In this document: piece by piece, positions 12,060-23,102 of the stretch | Layout of the letters: every line of letters starts with the position of its first letter | How positions within the stretch are numbered: the first letter of the stretch is position 1 | Assembly (NCBI GenBank): GCA_965655095.1 | Contig: OZ296651.1 | Location: 47,740,001 to 47,804,000 of the forward strand | Length of the DNA stretch: 64,000 nt | Origin: Haplodiscus bocki | Lineage: Eukaryota | Direction of reading: 5' to 3' | Notes under the pieces: model-generated | Told to the model about the DNA's origin: nothing | Database searches by the model: none | The model's input: only the letters and a program-made list of their open reading frames with translations | Made by a program: the position numbers and the translations under genes

Positions 12060-12490
12060 TTGCTGCTTTTATAGGATTTTTACCGATTCATACCTGCTTT
12101 ATATGGACAACCTTTCCTTTTTGGTCGAAGCTACAACGATTTCCATGTATGGAAGGTGTTTCCTTTTTTGGGGACTTGGTGCAAGTTTTAACACTATTTT
12201 GCTTTTCAGTCATTTGTTCAGTGTGATTTCTCCAGACAATCTGTCGCCTTATCAGGGGAGTCTGTTCCACTTGAATGATTTTCTCAGTCAGTCTGACTAC
12301 TTATCGTGGGTACTCGTTTACTTTTCTCAGACAAACTGTCGCCTTGTCGGGGGATTAGAGCTTATTTAATTACGTTGGCAGTTGTTACGTCTAACATGAA
12401 AGGAATGATTGACAGCTCCTTTTATGGTCGGTATTTCCTTTTATGGGAGGTACTTCCTATTATGGTCTTTCCATATAAGGTATAAAGTAA
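12060..12490. promoter_or_regulatory. Divergent promoter with clustered CArG (CC[A/T]6GG) boxes and a TATA box on each side
   Basis: Perfect CArG boxes at 12418-12427, 12437-12446, 12456-12465 and 12471-12480, immediately followed by TATAAA (12481). Another CArG at 12162-12171 and a near-CArG at about 12142; - strand TATAAAA at 12073-12067. Confidence 0.65.
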
Positions 12491-12602
12491 TGAATAGCAC
12501 TTGCTACATTTTTTCGCCATTATTTCTTTTTCAATGGTGAAGTCAAGTTGTTATAAATTTTACGTTAACTTCAGAAACTTATGTTATACTACTTTTACTC
12601 AA

Positions 12603-12755
12603 ATGTTTCCCGTCAAACGCAACAAAAAAAATCACTCGTGAAAATTGTGGAACACAAACTAGAAGAAACTGTTTCTGACGTTATATGAGATGTTCATTTG
12701 GAATGCTTCATTTTACTCAGTGTTCCAATTTCTCAACAACTTTCCAGACTTACCT
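12603..12755 (+). pseudogene. Degenerate zinc-finger-like N-terminus of a truncated gene downstream of the CArG/TATA promoter
   Basis: ATG at 12603, frameshift, then KITRENCGTQTRRNCF*RYMRCSFGMLHFTQCSNFSTT (eroded CxxC spacing). Confidence 0.3.
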
Positions 12756-13324
12756 CGCTTTACTTCTTTAGTTTCCTCAATCGGCCGTTGAAACTTGACT
12801 GCACCTTTCCTTGACAACATTCAGGGGGTTCTGAACAATTGTTCACTCCTGTAAAGCTGGAAATTATTCTCTTGCAAGTAACAAGTTACAATGCACCCTT
12901 TATACAATTTTCACCCGAGTTATCTGCACATTAATCTTCGTAGCTTCTATTGACTGTCCAAGCTCTCCAACTTTGGCCGGTAAGAACACTTATTACACTA
13001 TTTTCTCAAGTCGGTTCGTTTAATATCTAAAAATGAAAGCGGCTTCCTGTCACAGGTTAAGTCCAATTTGTTTATATAACAATTAACGATGTAGTCACTC
13101 CACGCTTTTTTCGCTGTCTGTTGATCTTTTCTCGCTTCCAACCACTTACGGAACTGTTTTATATACTTGATACCCGTCAATCAGTTCGCTAAAACTTTTG
13201 CATGATGATTGGACTACAAGATTTCTCTTTATGGTAATGATTTTAAATGTGTGTCTATATAAATACATGTGGGTATTAGGTTGTTTGTTTGTAATTTAGT
13301 TAGGTCAATTTTGATTGTGCTATT

Positions 13325-14200
13325 GGGTGACGTAATACTCGATTCTGATTGGCTGTCAACAACGTTTAGCGAAAGCTGACAGCAGTATATTAAGATCGAT
13401 CATAGTTCGACAATGTGCTTAGTCAGGTTATAGCTCAGCAATGTATTAATGTTAGCTATACCTTAACAATGTGTTAGGATTGGGTATAGCTCGGCATGTC
13501 TTGAAATTGGGAATTGTTCAGCAATGTATTCAGATAGGCTATATCTTAGCATGTTTTAGCATTGGGTATAGCTCAGCATGTATTGAAATTGGGAATTGTT
13601 CAGCAATGTATTCAGATACGCTATATCTTAGCATGTTTTAGCATTGGGTATAGCTCAGCATGTATTGAAATTGGTAATTGTTCAGCAATGTATTCAGATA
13701 GGCTATATCTTACCATGTTTTAGCATTGGGTATAGCTCAGCAATGTATTAGTATTTGGGAATTGCTTAGTCATGTAATAAGATAGGGTATATCTTAACAT
13801 GTTTTAGCATTGGGTATAGCTCAGCATGTATTGAAATTGGGAATTGTTCAGCAATGTATTAAGAGAGGTTATATCTTAACATGTTTTAGGATTGAGTATA
13901 GCTCAGCATGTATTGAAATTGGGAATTGCTCAGCAATGTATTAAGATAGGTTATATCTTAACATGATTTAGGATTGGGTATAGCTCAGCAATGTATTAGT
14001 ATTTGGGAATTGCTTAGTCATGTAATAAGATAGGGTATATCTTAACATGTTTTAGCATTGGGTATAGCTCAGCATGTATTGAAATTGAGGATTGCTTAGC
14101 AAGTTAGTAAGATAGGCTATATCTTAACAATGTGTTAGGATTGGGTATAGCTCAGCAATATGATTTTGTTGGTGTTTCACTCAACAATGTAATAAAACAG
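13325..14200 (-). repeat. CRE/CCAAT block plus higher-order tandem array (82-bp trimer of 27-28-bp subunits) related to the Polinton 28-bp array
   Basis: GG(G/T)AATTGTTCAGCAATG recurs at about 13509, 13591 and 13673 (82-bp period). Subunit GTATTAAGATAGG is the reverse complement of CCTATCTTAATAC. TGACGTAATACTCGATTCTGATTGG at about 13328-13352. Confidence 0.85.
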
Positions 14201-15589
14201 GATGTACTTCAGCAAAGTAAAAAGTTAGCATAAACTATGCACCAATGTATTAAGACGGTATACTTTGGTAAAGTAATAATTTATGTAAAATTTATGGGTG
14301 TCCGAGTCCCAAAATTCAGAAACAATTGGGTTTTTAGCAAAAAACCAAGTGTATGAGTCCGTCAATGTACTAGAATGTGCCATTCGAGCCGATTTTGTTC
14401 CACAACGTATTATGAAAGCGTGTAGAACCCATCTCCTCAACTTTTTGCTATCTTTTCTGCATATACTCTCGGCATTGTTTGAAATTCAATTGAAGAAAAG
14501 CCGTAAGATACATGAGTTCTTCATTTACCTTTGAGCATAATGCTACCAAAATGAAAAATTACTGGTTAGTATGGGTCCATGTTCTTTGATTTTCAAACTA
14601 AGACTCCTGTTTCAATCATTTTGTATGCCTGTTTGTACTTAAACTCCATGATTTGTGTAGACAAAGCCAAAGAAAGTCTGAAAACACAGTTTTTCTGTCA
14701 ATTTTCATAAATTTTTGTGTGGTATCTTACAGTGGTGCAGTCTCCATTGCTGCGCATTCAAACCATTTTTTAATAGTTGAGTAACTCTTCGAGGCAAAAG
14801 TACTGCTTTCTGACCATTCTGTAGCGCAAAACTATATTTTTGTAGTTTTTCAACCAGAAACAGCTAAAAGCAATTCTCACAAATATTTGGTCAGACATGT
14901 TAAAGAGACAATAGTCATGAAAATCCTTCAGCAATTTCGAACAAACGTCAACTACATGGCATAAATGTCTGACTGCATGATTGAGATCCGTAACACTCAT
15001 ACAATCACTTTTGGTTATCAAACTCATTTTTCCTCACCAGTTACCTTCAAGTTACATTTAGCATGAAATGTATTTGATTGTTTACTGTGAGTATAAGGGC
15101 TAGGAGTGATGATGGTTAACATGCGAACAGCATTTCCAACGGTAAACATTGCTTTTTCTAGTTCAAGAAATGCGGCTTTAATTGAACGTAAAATATTGCA
15201 AAACACAACATTATCTGTAATATTCTATCATTGTACATTGAGCGAAGTAAAAATCCAAGTTTTTACATTGTCAGACGTCCTTGCTTTGGTCTCAATACAT
15301 TGCGCGGATCAGAAACAACACTCAAACCGCGACTTTTCAACAAAATCTATTGAAAATACGTTGCAATTGTGTGTTGACACAGCAAATGAGTACTTGCAGG
15401 CGTACAAGACAGGCGTAGGTGTAAAAATCATGGATTTTGTAGTCTGCATTAATGTAAATGTGCAGGTTTTACAATGATTTTGAAAATATTTCCTTTCTCT
15501 AACTAACTTTTTCGGAAAAAAAAATATTTTTTCATAGCATTAGGTCAAAACAGTATGCACAGTCGCAACAGAAAGTGATTGAGAGCTCG

Positions 15590-15750
15590 TGTGGTTTTTC
15601 TTTTTATAGTTTATCTTTCCTTTTATGGGTGGTATTTCCTTTTATGGTCTTTCCATGTAGGGAAAATTGTAAGAGACAACACATGCTACAGATTTTTCGC
15701 AGTTTTTCATACTGCGTTGATACAGTCAAGTTGCTACAACCTTTACGTTT
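15590..15750 (+). promoter_or_regulatory. Second, diverged copy of the CArG cluster promoter
   Basis: CCTTTTATGG at 15619-15628 and 15638-15647 (19-bp spacing, as in the first copy). Downstream GCTACA..TTTTTCGC...AGTCAAGTTG.TA.AA..TTTACGTT matches 12500-12570. Confidence 0.6.
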
Positions 15751-15879
15751 GTTCGAGTTTTTTCTGTTAAATTGCTCTTTGGCAGGCGTCACCGAGCTAT
15801 AGCATATCTTAATACATTGCAAAACTATACCCTATTTTAAAGCATTATCGAACTTTAACCAATCATAATACAAAACCAT

Positions 15880-16173
15880 GACACTTTTGCTATTATCAAC
15901 ACGCAACCCAGCAATATGCAGGGTGAACATTGGATCATGATTGCAAATTTCAGACACGAATTGTATTTTGCAGACTCTCTTGGTCGTAAAGGGTACAGTT
16001 TTCTCAACAACCAGCACTACAAGCAGATGATGCCAGCACCCCTACAGTCCCATCCAAGCGTTTGCGGCTTTTATACAATATATGCAGCTTTTCATCTCTT
16101 CAAGTTTCGACAGGCAGAAATTACAGGAGTTCATGATGTTAATGTACTCTCTTTTATAAGTAATTTCATGTAA
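15880..16173 (+). pseudogene. Adenain-like cysteine protease of a Polinton/Maverick (N-terminally truncated)
   Basis: TFAIINTQPSNMQGEHWIMIA...YFADSLG...LQSHPSVCGFYTIY: His, Asp, Gln and Cys catalytic motifs of the clan CE viral maturation protease. Confidence 0.8.
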
Positions 16174-16439
16174 TCTTTGTATGTAAATGTGCAGTTTATA
16201 TCATGTTTTTGTCCGTTTTTATACATTCTAATTAACATTTTAAAACATTAATACAATCTTGTTACATAGCATTAAGTCCAAACAATATCCGCAGGCGTAA
16301 TAAAATATCCGCAGGTGAATTAATTATCCGCGCCGTAATAATTAACCGCGCGGGCGGGGGTGGCCCAAAAACTTTTTTCGAAAAAATGTCACAGTGCCGA
16401 AAATTGTCGCACAGTGCCGAAAATGAGTCATTCCATATC

Positions 16440-16890
16440 TTTATACATTGAGACGAACTAGCGAATGCTATTGCCTATCTTAATACATTGACTCGGCTCC
16501 ATATCTTAATACATGCAATCTTAATACATTGAGTCGGCTCCATATCTTAATACATGCATTACCTATCTTAATACATTGAGTCGGCTTTCGGCTCTCGGCT
16601 CCATATCTTAATGCATTGCCGACTCGTCTCGGCAACACCCTCGGCTCTCGGCTCCATATCTTAATACATTGCCAACTCGGCAACCAATCAGAATCGGCTC
16701 TGGCCAAAAACGAACATTATGTCAACCGAGTCGTCAGCCAATCAGAATCGAGCATTACGTCACCCGAGTCGTCAGCCAATCAGAATCAAGCATTACGTCG
16801 TCATTACGTCACCCGAGAGCTCTCGGCTAGGGTGGAAGACCCTTCTCGGCTCTCAGCTCGAGTCGGCTCGCTATAGCCTATCTTAATACA
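16440..16890 (+). repeat. Repeat/regulatory block: ATCTTAATACATTG units, CTCGGC motifs and 3x CCAATCAGAATC with ATTACGTCA
   Basis: Directly visible; same motifs as 57050-57560 and, inverted, 13325-14200. Confidence 0.8.
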
Positions 16891-17399
16891 TGAGGGTCTT
16901 CCACCCCCCCCCCCCCCACCTGATCAGCTCACACTCTTACTACTTACCCTCCTTGCTGATTCTCCGTCTTTTTCTGGTACATCACCTCCTTTTAGACCCA
17001 CTTCTCCAAAGGAGAACACCCATCCGACGCCTTCTCGTCGTTACTTACAATTTGGCGAGCTACCACTGTAAAATTACCGGGACCTATTGGACCTATTACT
17101 TCCCAATCGGCATTTCCCATCATTAGTTTCCCAATGGCAATTTCCCAATCGGCATCGATGGATTGCGCTATGGAATCAACTGGACCCTCCCAAAATTCAA
17201 CATTGGAATCTGTAATTGCCGGATCTTCCTAACGACTCCACGAATGAATTCTCCGGGGGGCCTGTTCTGTTCCCGTTGACACAAAGTAAAGCGCAACCAC
17301 CTTATAAAGCTAAAATGCCAGGCTAATTAATCAATATCATCTCCCTAAACAAGTGCAGTAAAAGATCGCCAGGTTTTAATAAATCTAACATCCCTCCCT

Positions 17400-19430
17400 A
17401 ATGAAACTTTCCCTAGCCATTTTTAAAAACCGCGTCACGTTTAGCATTCACCAATACACCCGGCCGTCAAGCATACACGCCTTGCTAATGCTACTTCTAC
17501 CATGCAACTTTCAATGTGATGTTCAATTTTACGACATACTAGGGCAATGAGTCGGAAAAACCCACTGTCATGAAAACAGCAGCTTCTTTTAAATGCCAAG
17601 CTGTGACATCTGAAAGTAAAGGTATTGTTGGAGTGTTTTCTTTTTTCTGAGAATGCCAGAAATCAAACTGACTGATACATACCCAACCTTGAAAATGAAA
17701 GGACATTCCAACACGATGTCCCGTACGGCTGCTAAAATACTATATGAAACCGTTCCAGTGGTAGAATTATATGCCTTGTTATTTCAAAATCTTGAGAAAA
17801 AACTCAGATTTCTGGAGCAACAATCTGTCGGCGACAAAAACGAACTTAAAAGTCTGGTACAAATAGCAACAACGTCCTTCGTACTGCCAACGGTGAACGC
17901 ACATGAGCATAATGTTGAAGGCGATCGCAGAGCTATTGTGTTGATTGCAGCAGCTGCTGGGGCGGCGGGACTGTTTCCTGAAAAACCCAGTCAAAGAGGC
18001 TGCAAGTTAAGCACTCTCGATTTTCAGTTCGTGTACTGATAATTGTGTACTGGAAGCAGATTTTTTAGCATAACGGTGGAACAGAGGAATTTTAAGCAAA
18101 CACAAGCCCGAGTTCAAACCAGAAACAAAAGAGTTTTCACATTCTGGGAAACAAACTTACGGCCACACAATAAAGCGTGCAGAAAATTACTAATGTGGTA
18201 GGTGGTCAGTTGAATTTCCTAGAAGCAGACTTGTTAGAAATCAAAGATTTCATGTCAACCCTATCTAAACGCAATAATCATTTAACACCAAGCATAACAA
18301 TCGCTCAACAAACTCTCGAAAATATTGAACATTAAGGAACGTTATATACTCTTAATTGGCCAAGCTGCTTTTTATGCCTTTTAAATAGCCCTTTTTTCCG
18401 TTATTTTGTTACTATCAGCTGGTTATGTGAACCTGCTTTTTCTCGTTCCTGAACAGTTGGCTAATGTAGCAAAAGGGATAGCCAATGTCAAAATCCAACG
18501 CGGAACCAATTTTTCGCCGGCTGTTCGTGTGGGCCGTGAACCCATCTACTACGAGATTCAAGTCGTTCTGGAAGTCACTCTTCTTTCAACTGGCCTTTCC
18601 GTGGTGGTAATCCCAGAACACCGATTTTTCTGCTTTTATTATTTTCTATGCCACCCCCTAGCATCGACCCAATGATGACGGTGACACTTTCCGTTCACCT
18701 TTTTTCAAACATTTTCTCAGCTATTTCCATCAATAACACTCAGTTCGCCGAGGTGGCCGCCTTCACCCTGCAACCGTGTTCTGCAATAACCGCAAAAAAT
18801 GTCTCGGAGAGATTTTTCTACCAATACTGATGAGACTGTTGTAAGCTTAGCTTCACTTTTACTAGTGGCCTAGTACCCAAAGCTCTAGTACCCAAAGCTC
18901 ATTAGGCATTTTATTGAGCGGATGGTGTGCATCATGTAACTTGCTGACCTCCTAATTTTCAATTGAAGAACGAGAGCCATTTTGACGGTCTTTCTATTTC
19001 CCAACTAAGGTGTCGTGCAAGTTTAATCTACCCGATTTGTGGCAGCACCTTGTCTTTCATTCGATATGAGCTCGTCCTAACGCTCGACATGGTTTCTTGA
19101 GCGAGCAACACTACACATATGTTAGCATCTGTTGACCTCACTCTTTCGTTAGAAGAAACCTTCCAAAACGTCCCCTGAGCATCCAGTCAATTCAATCTCT
19201 ACTCTGAGGCTCGTCAATGCGTACCAAAGAGCGCCTGCACGTAAATAGCTGATCTGCTTGATGTTAAAAGGATGTCCTCGAAAACGATGGAAGTCGCTGG
19301 TCCTATCGCTAAATATTACTCTTCCTTTTCACTAGCCACGTAAGCAGCCTTTTCGTCCTACCCACCCACCCAAACAGCAGTCTTTTTTTCCTTGGCTTCG
19401 ATCAAAAAATCCCTGTTAACCTTTCTAAAC
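17400..19430 (+). pseudogene. env: Envelope/class I fusion glycoprotein relic (errantivirus env / baculovirus F-like)
   Basis: Hydrophobic signal-like ALLMLLL; basic cleavage site plus fusion peptide DRR|AIVLIAAAAGAAGL (17926); then LVPEQLANV...IYYEIQVVLEVTLLSTGLSVVV and AISINNTQFAEV..TLQPC. Multiple frameshifts. Confidence 0.65.
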
Positions 19431-20299
19431 CAATTTTTTTCCGACACCAATGGCGCCGACCGTTTGCCCATCCTCAAAGGTTTTTTCTCTTCCTGGGACA
19501 TCTGATCCAATTCTGCATATCATGGAAGACTGGCAAACTGTTGCCTCCGAAACCTCTTTTCTGTAATTTTCCGTTACCAATTTCAAGGCTCCACAGGCTC
19601 TGGCCAAGAAAGCACTTTGTCGTCCGCCAACTTTACGCTCTCCCTCTAGTACCAGTAGTGACACTGATAACACTCACTAAAAACCTGCTACCAACCCTAC
19701 ACTAGTCCAATCGTTTCCACTTCTAACCCCAACGTCCCGCGTTTCTTTCAACCAGGGCACATATTGACAGTTTGCCTTCCACTTAATGCCCATTTCAAAC
19801 CCGTTTCTGTACAATTTTACCAACTATCTCATCTCTGCGAACTGTCACTTCCGTCAGCTCCATGAATTGGAATTCTGGCGTCTTTTGTCAGCAGTCTCTG
19901 CATCTACAGTCGGCATGTTTTTGTGCCTTTATTTACAGTTGCTCAGTTCTGTAAACACGTTTCCATGTTATCTAGTCTCCATCGGTTTCCGTATTCCTCT
20001 TCTAGTGCTCCACTTCTTTTTTTACCCCTTCCTCTACTTCCGTTTTCCTTTATTCAGTTTGATCGGATGGTAATGTTTTCTTTTCTTTAGGTCCTACTTC
20101 AACTGTTTCGAAACACACCAACACTCAATGCCTGTCATAACCAGCTCGTGCCGGATATTTTCTGTTGAAGTTACTGATCTCGTAATTTGCTGGAGTATCT
20201 ACAGTACAGGGTCACCAAAACCTTCCCTGTGGATGACAACGTCCGGCTACAAAAAATAAACCGCCGTAATTGCTCCTTTGAGCGTTCACTGAAATAAAT

Positions 20300-20854
20300 T
20301 TGATTGCCACCCCCACTAACTGTGAGGTATCGCTTACAGGCGACCTGGATAGGGCAAACTGCCTTTGTCCCGAACCGACACCTCCTCAGATTCTTTTTGA
20401 TAATTGCAACACAGCTCTTCAGGTTGACTTGCCCCAACCTGATGCTATGTTTGAGTGGGTTTCCATGATGACGGATTACGCTTCTGTCCACAATCTAGAA
20501 CAACTTGTTTCCGACGCTCGCAACAAGTTAGAACAATCGCAGTTACATCTTCAAACCACGCAGCAAGCAGAAGCTGCTCTGCAACCCCGTGTTTCGTCAA
20601 TGAATGCTGAAGTGGAGCAACTCCGCTCCCGTTTCCACGATCTAACTAATACTGACAATGAACTCGTGAGATATTCAATGGAACAACTCCAATCGATCGG
20701 CTCGTTGCGAAGCCAACTGGCATCCAAATCTTCGAACTCCGAGCCCATCTCACGCCTACTACAACAGCTGCTTTTGATTCTCCCCACCGATCTAAACAAT
20801 GATCTCACACCGGATGACATTATATCAGTTCCTCTGCTGTGCGCCAGATGCTGA
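20300..20854 (+). CDS. Coiled-coil accessory protein (184 aa ORF) ending in CxxC, probably truncated by a premature stop
   Basis: Heptad pattern LEQLVSDARNKLEQSQLHLQ...VEQLRSRFHDL; Cys-rich fragments follow (CARC*, CDHCG). Confidence 0.45.
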   Translation: MIATPTNCEVSLTGDLDRANCLCPEPTPPQILFDNCNTALQVDLPQPDAMFEWVSMMTDYASVHNLEQLVSDARNKLEQSQLHLQTTQQAEAALQPRVSSMNAEVEQLRSRFHDLTNTDNELVRYSMEQLQSIGSLRSQLASKSSNSEPISRLLQQLLLILPTDLNNDLTPDDIISVPLLCARC

Positions 20855-21350
20855 TACGCCACTCTTTGAGGACGTGCTAACTTGTTGACGAAATGTATTC
20901 ACCCGGACAAATCTGCGACTTCAGGTTACCCTCTGGTTCAAGCAGCCAAGGTCCTGTTAACTTTCATCACAATGATCACGCGGACCTTCACCACACCAAC
21001 CCTCCACCATGTCTGCGACCATTGCGGCCTGGAGGGGCTGCGCCGTTTTCTGCGCACGACTCTTCGCTGCCCGTGATGTACCCCAAACGAAGCCGATGCG
21101 TTTCCCGCACTGCAAGATCACCTCGAGTATCCTCATTGGGAATTATTCTGCAGTTACGGCACATGAGAATCCTCCCACTTCTCTTATCTTCGTAACCGAA
21201 GGCTTCGCTTGGTTGGGACGCCCTTTTGCCCTCCTGCCTATTGGGTTCCCCTCTTTTGTTGCCTTGTCTTGTGCGAAAAAGAAACATGGGCTGTTCATGA
21301 TTTTAACCCTCACAAGTTTGTTTTAGTCATCTGGAGCAGCAAAATTTGTC

Positions 21351-22316
21351 ATGCATGTGTTTAACGCCAGTTCGTTGTCTGCAACAATCAAATCTCATCT
21401 GGGCGGCGTTAACAAACGCCGGCATCGTCTCCCAGTATTTCTGGGATTACGGTTGGCAGAATATTCCGCGAGATACCCCAGAAAAACACATCAACATCAA
21501 CTTCGAAAACTACTCCGTGTACTACCACGGTCGGCGCAGAAAAATATAATTTGGCACGATGTGATAAACAACTCCGTAGCCCCATACTCTTCCAGTCTTA
21601 ATTGTCCTCTGGGTCCTCGCGAACATTTAGCAGCGCTTCGTTCTTTGTCTTGTGAAGTGTCCTTAATTGCCTACAGCAATCGACAAGGTTCCACACTCAT
21701 CTATGGACTTTCACGAGAGTCTTTTCTTACTATTCACGCCACCGAAAACTTGCTGCCAAATCGCAAACAAAAAGACCTCCACCTAGAGCAGCAATACAGC
21801 TTTGTTCTTCTAGACATCCGTGTAGAGGTTGAGATGTACTTCTTGCTTTTTAAAAATATCAACGACTTGCAACAATGGCCCAAAAACAATGAATCGCCTC
21901 AATCACAAGCGCCGCCGGTCACGCTTTCAAAAACAACACCTACAACAACAAAAAATATCAAAACAACAACAACAACTATTTCATCAACAACACCTGCAGC
22001 ATCAGATGCATCGACTATCAAAATCGCACCCCATAAACACACGAACACCATCAACGACAACAGCAGCAGAGACATCGCCACCAAAACAGACCAAATGCAT
22101 CTAATACACGACTATTCACACCCTCTTCTACCCTCTTTAACGCCCCTTCTGTTGCCATCCGGTTGCTTCTCCTCAGACCCTTTCAGTGGAGGCCTTCGAG
22201 AGATCGTTTGGTGGCCAGCAGCTTCTGTTTTCATCTCATTGCGTGACGCAATCTCACAACAGAGGAAATGGTATAGCAACCGTTACTATTTTACGCTGTT
22301 ACTTGGCCAAAAATAA
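21351..22316 (+). CDS. Accessory ORF (321 aa) with a putative SGNH/GDSL-esterase-like alpha/beta domain and a low-complexity tail
   Basis: Longest ORF in the window. MHVFNASSL (block I-like), FLGLRL (block II G) and IIWHDVINNS (block III-like). The Thr-rich tail probably reflects a frameshift from a basic RLNHKRRRSR frame. Confidence 0.4.
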   Translation: MHVFNASSLSATIKSHLGGVNKRRHRLPVFLGLRLAEYSARYPRKTHQHQLRKLLRVLPRSAQKNIIWHDVINNSVAPYSSSLNCPLGPREHLAALRSLSCEVSLIAYSNRQGSTLIYGLSRESFLTIHATENLLPNRKQKDLHLEQQYSFVLLDIRVEVEMYFLLFKNINDLQQWPKNNESPQSQAPPVTLSKTTPTTTKNIKTTTTTISSTTPAASDASTIKIAPHKHTNTINDNSSRDIATKTDQMHLIHDYSHPLLPSLTPLLLPSGCFSSDPFSGGLREIVWWPAASVFISLRDAISQQRKWYSNRYYFTLLLGQK

Positions 22317-22928
22317 ACAGGGCGTCCCTGGCGTAAACAATAAACTATAACTCAAGGTTTACATACTGAGTCAAGTACCTTCGACAGTACTTGGAATTAC
22401 TTGAAAAAATTTTAACAAAATTTTAACAAAATTTTACCAATTCCATAGTTACCGTATTAGAAAAACAGTGTATACTCATAATATTCAAAGCATTTTTTTA
22501 ACGTCATAAAGTGTACACTATCATTCTTTAATCACTTTATTCTAACACTTTATTTTTCGTTTATAAAGAGTTTTTTGCCTCTACAATGTATTTTCACGTT
22601 TACAAAACTCTTGCTTCTAGACCCTTACCTCGCGCTTTGTGACCTCAAGTTCTGTTTTCCTATTGACTTTTATTACTAAAACCATGACCAAAAATTATGC
22701 CAAACAGTCATACTGACGAAAACCAGCCACCGGCCAGCTACTACGCAAGTCTCTTTATCTTCTCAAAAATCTTCTTTCCCTCTTTTCAACTGTAACCCTA
22801 TTTTGTACAACACATATTGTAAGTAAACTAATTATTCTAGTCAAATTTTTCAAATTTATATCTTAAAATATCTAACTTTTGTACTAGAGCGATCCCAGAA
22901 AGAAAAATAGTAAAATGATAGTAAAAGT

Positions 22929-23102
22929 AAACTTCTGTCATGGAGTTAACGATAAAGTCACGGTTGTTAATTATGCATCAAATCGTCTGAAAAAGTGGTG
23001 CTATTTCGACCTCACACGCACACACAACAGCACAAATTTTCAGATGATTTGATGCATAATTAACAACCGTGACTTTATCGTTAACTCCATGACAAAAGTT
23101 TT
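22929..23102. repeat. Near-perfect 65-bp inverted repeat (long hairpin or MITE)
   Basis: AACTTCTGTCATGGAGTTAACGATAAAGTCACGGTTGTTAATTATGCATCAAATCGTCTGAAAA and its reverse complement with 2 mismatches; spacer about 43 nt. Confidence 0.9.

Larger units (their letters stand above)
16891..22320 (+). mobile_element. Env-encoding LTR-like element lacking gag-pol, with downstream accessory ORFs
   Basis: Putative LTR TGAGGG...TTACA (16891-17049), PBS-like TGGCGAGC at 17053, env relic about 17400-19430, ORFs 20300-20854 and 21351-22316. The 3' LTR was not identified. Confidence 0.5.

Noticed and set aside
13420-14200. Repeat-spacer (CRISPR-like) array
   Set aside because: The apparent spacers are themselves repeated subunits of an 82-bp higher-order unit.
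14225-15480. Short - strand ORFs between the array and the protease
   Set aside because: Probably decayed viral accessory genes, but no recognisable motif supports a call.
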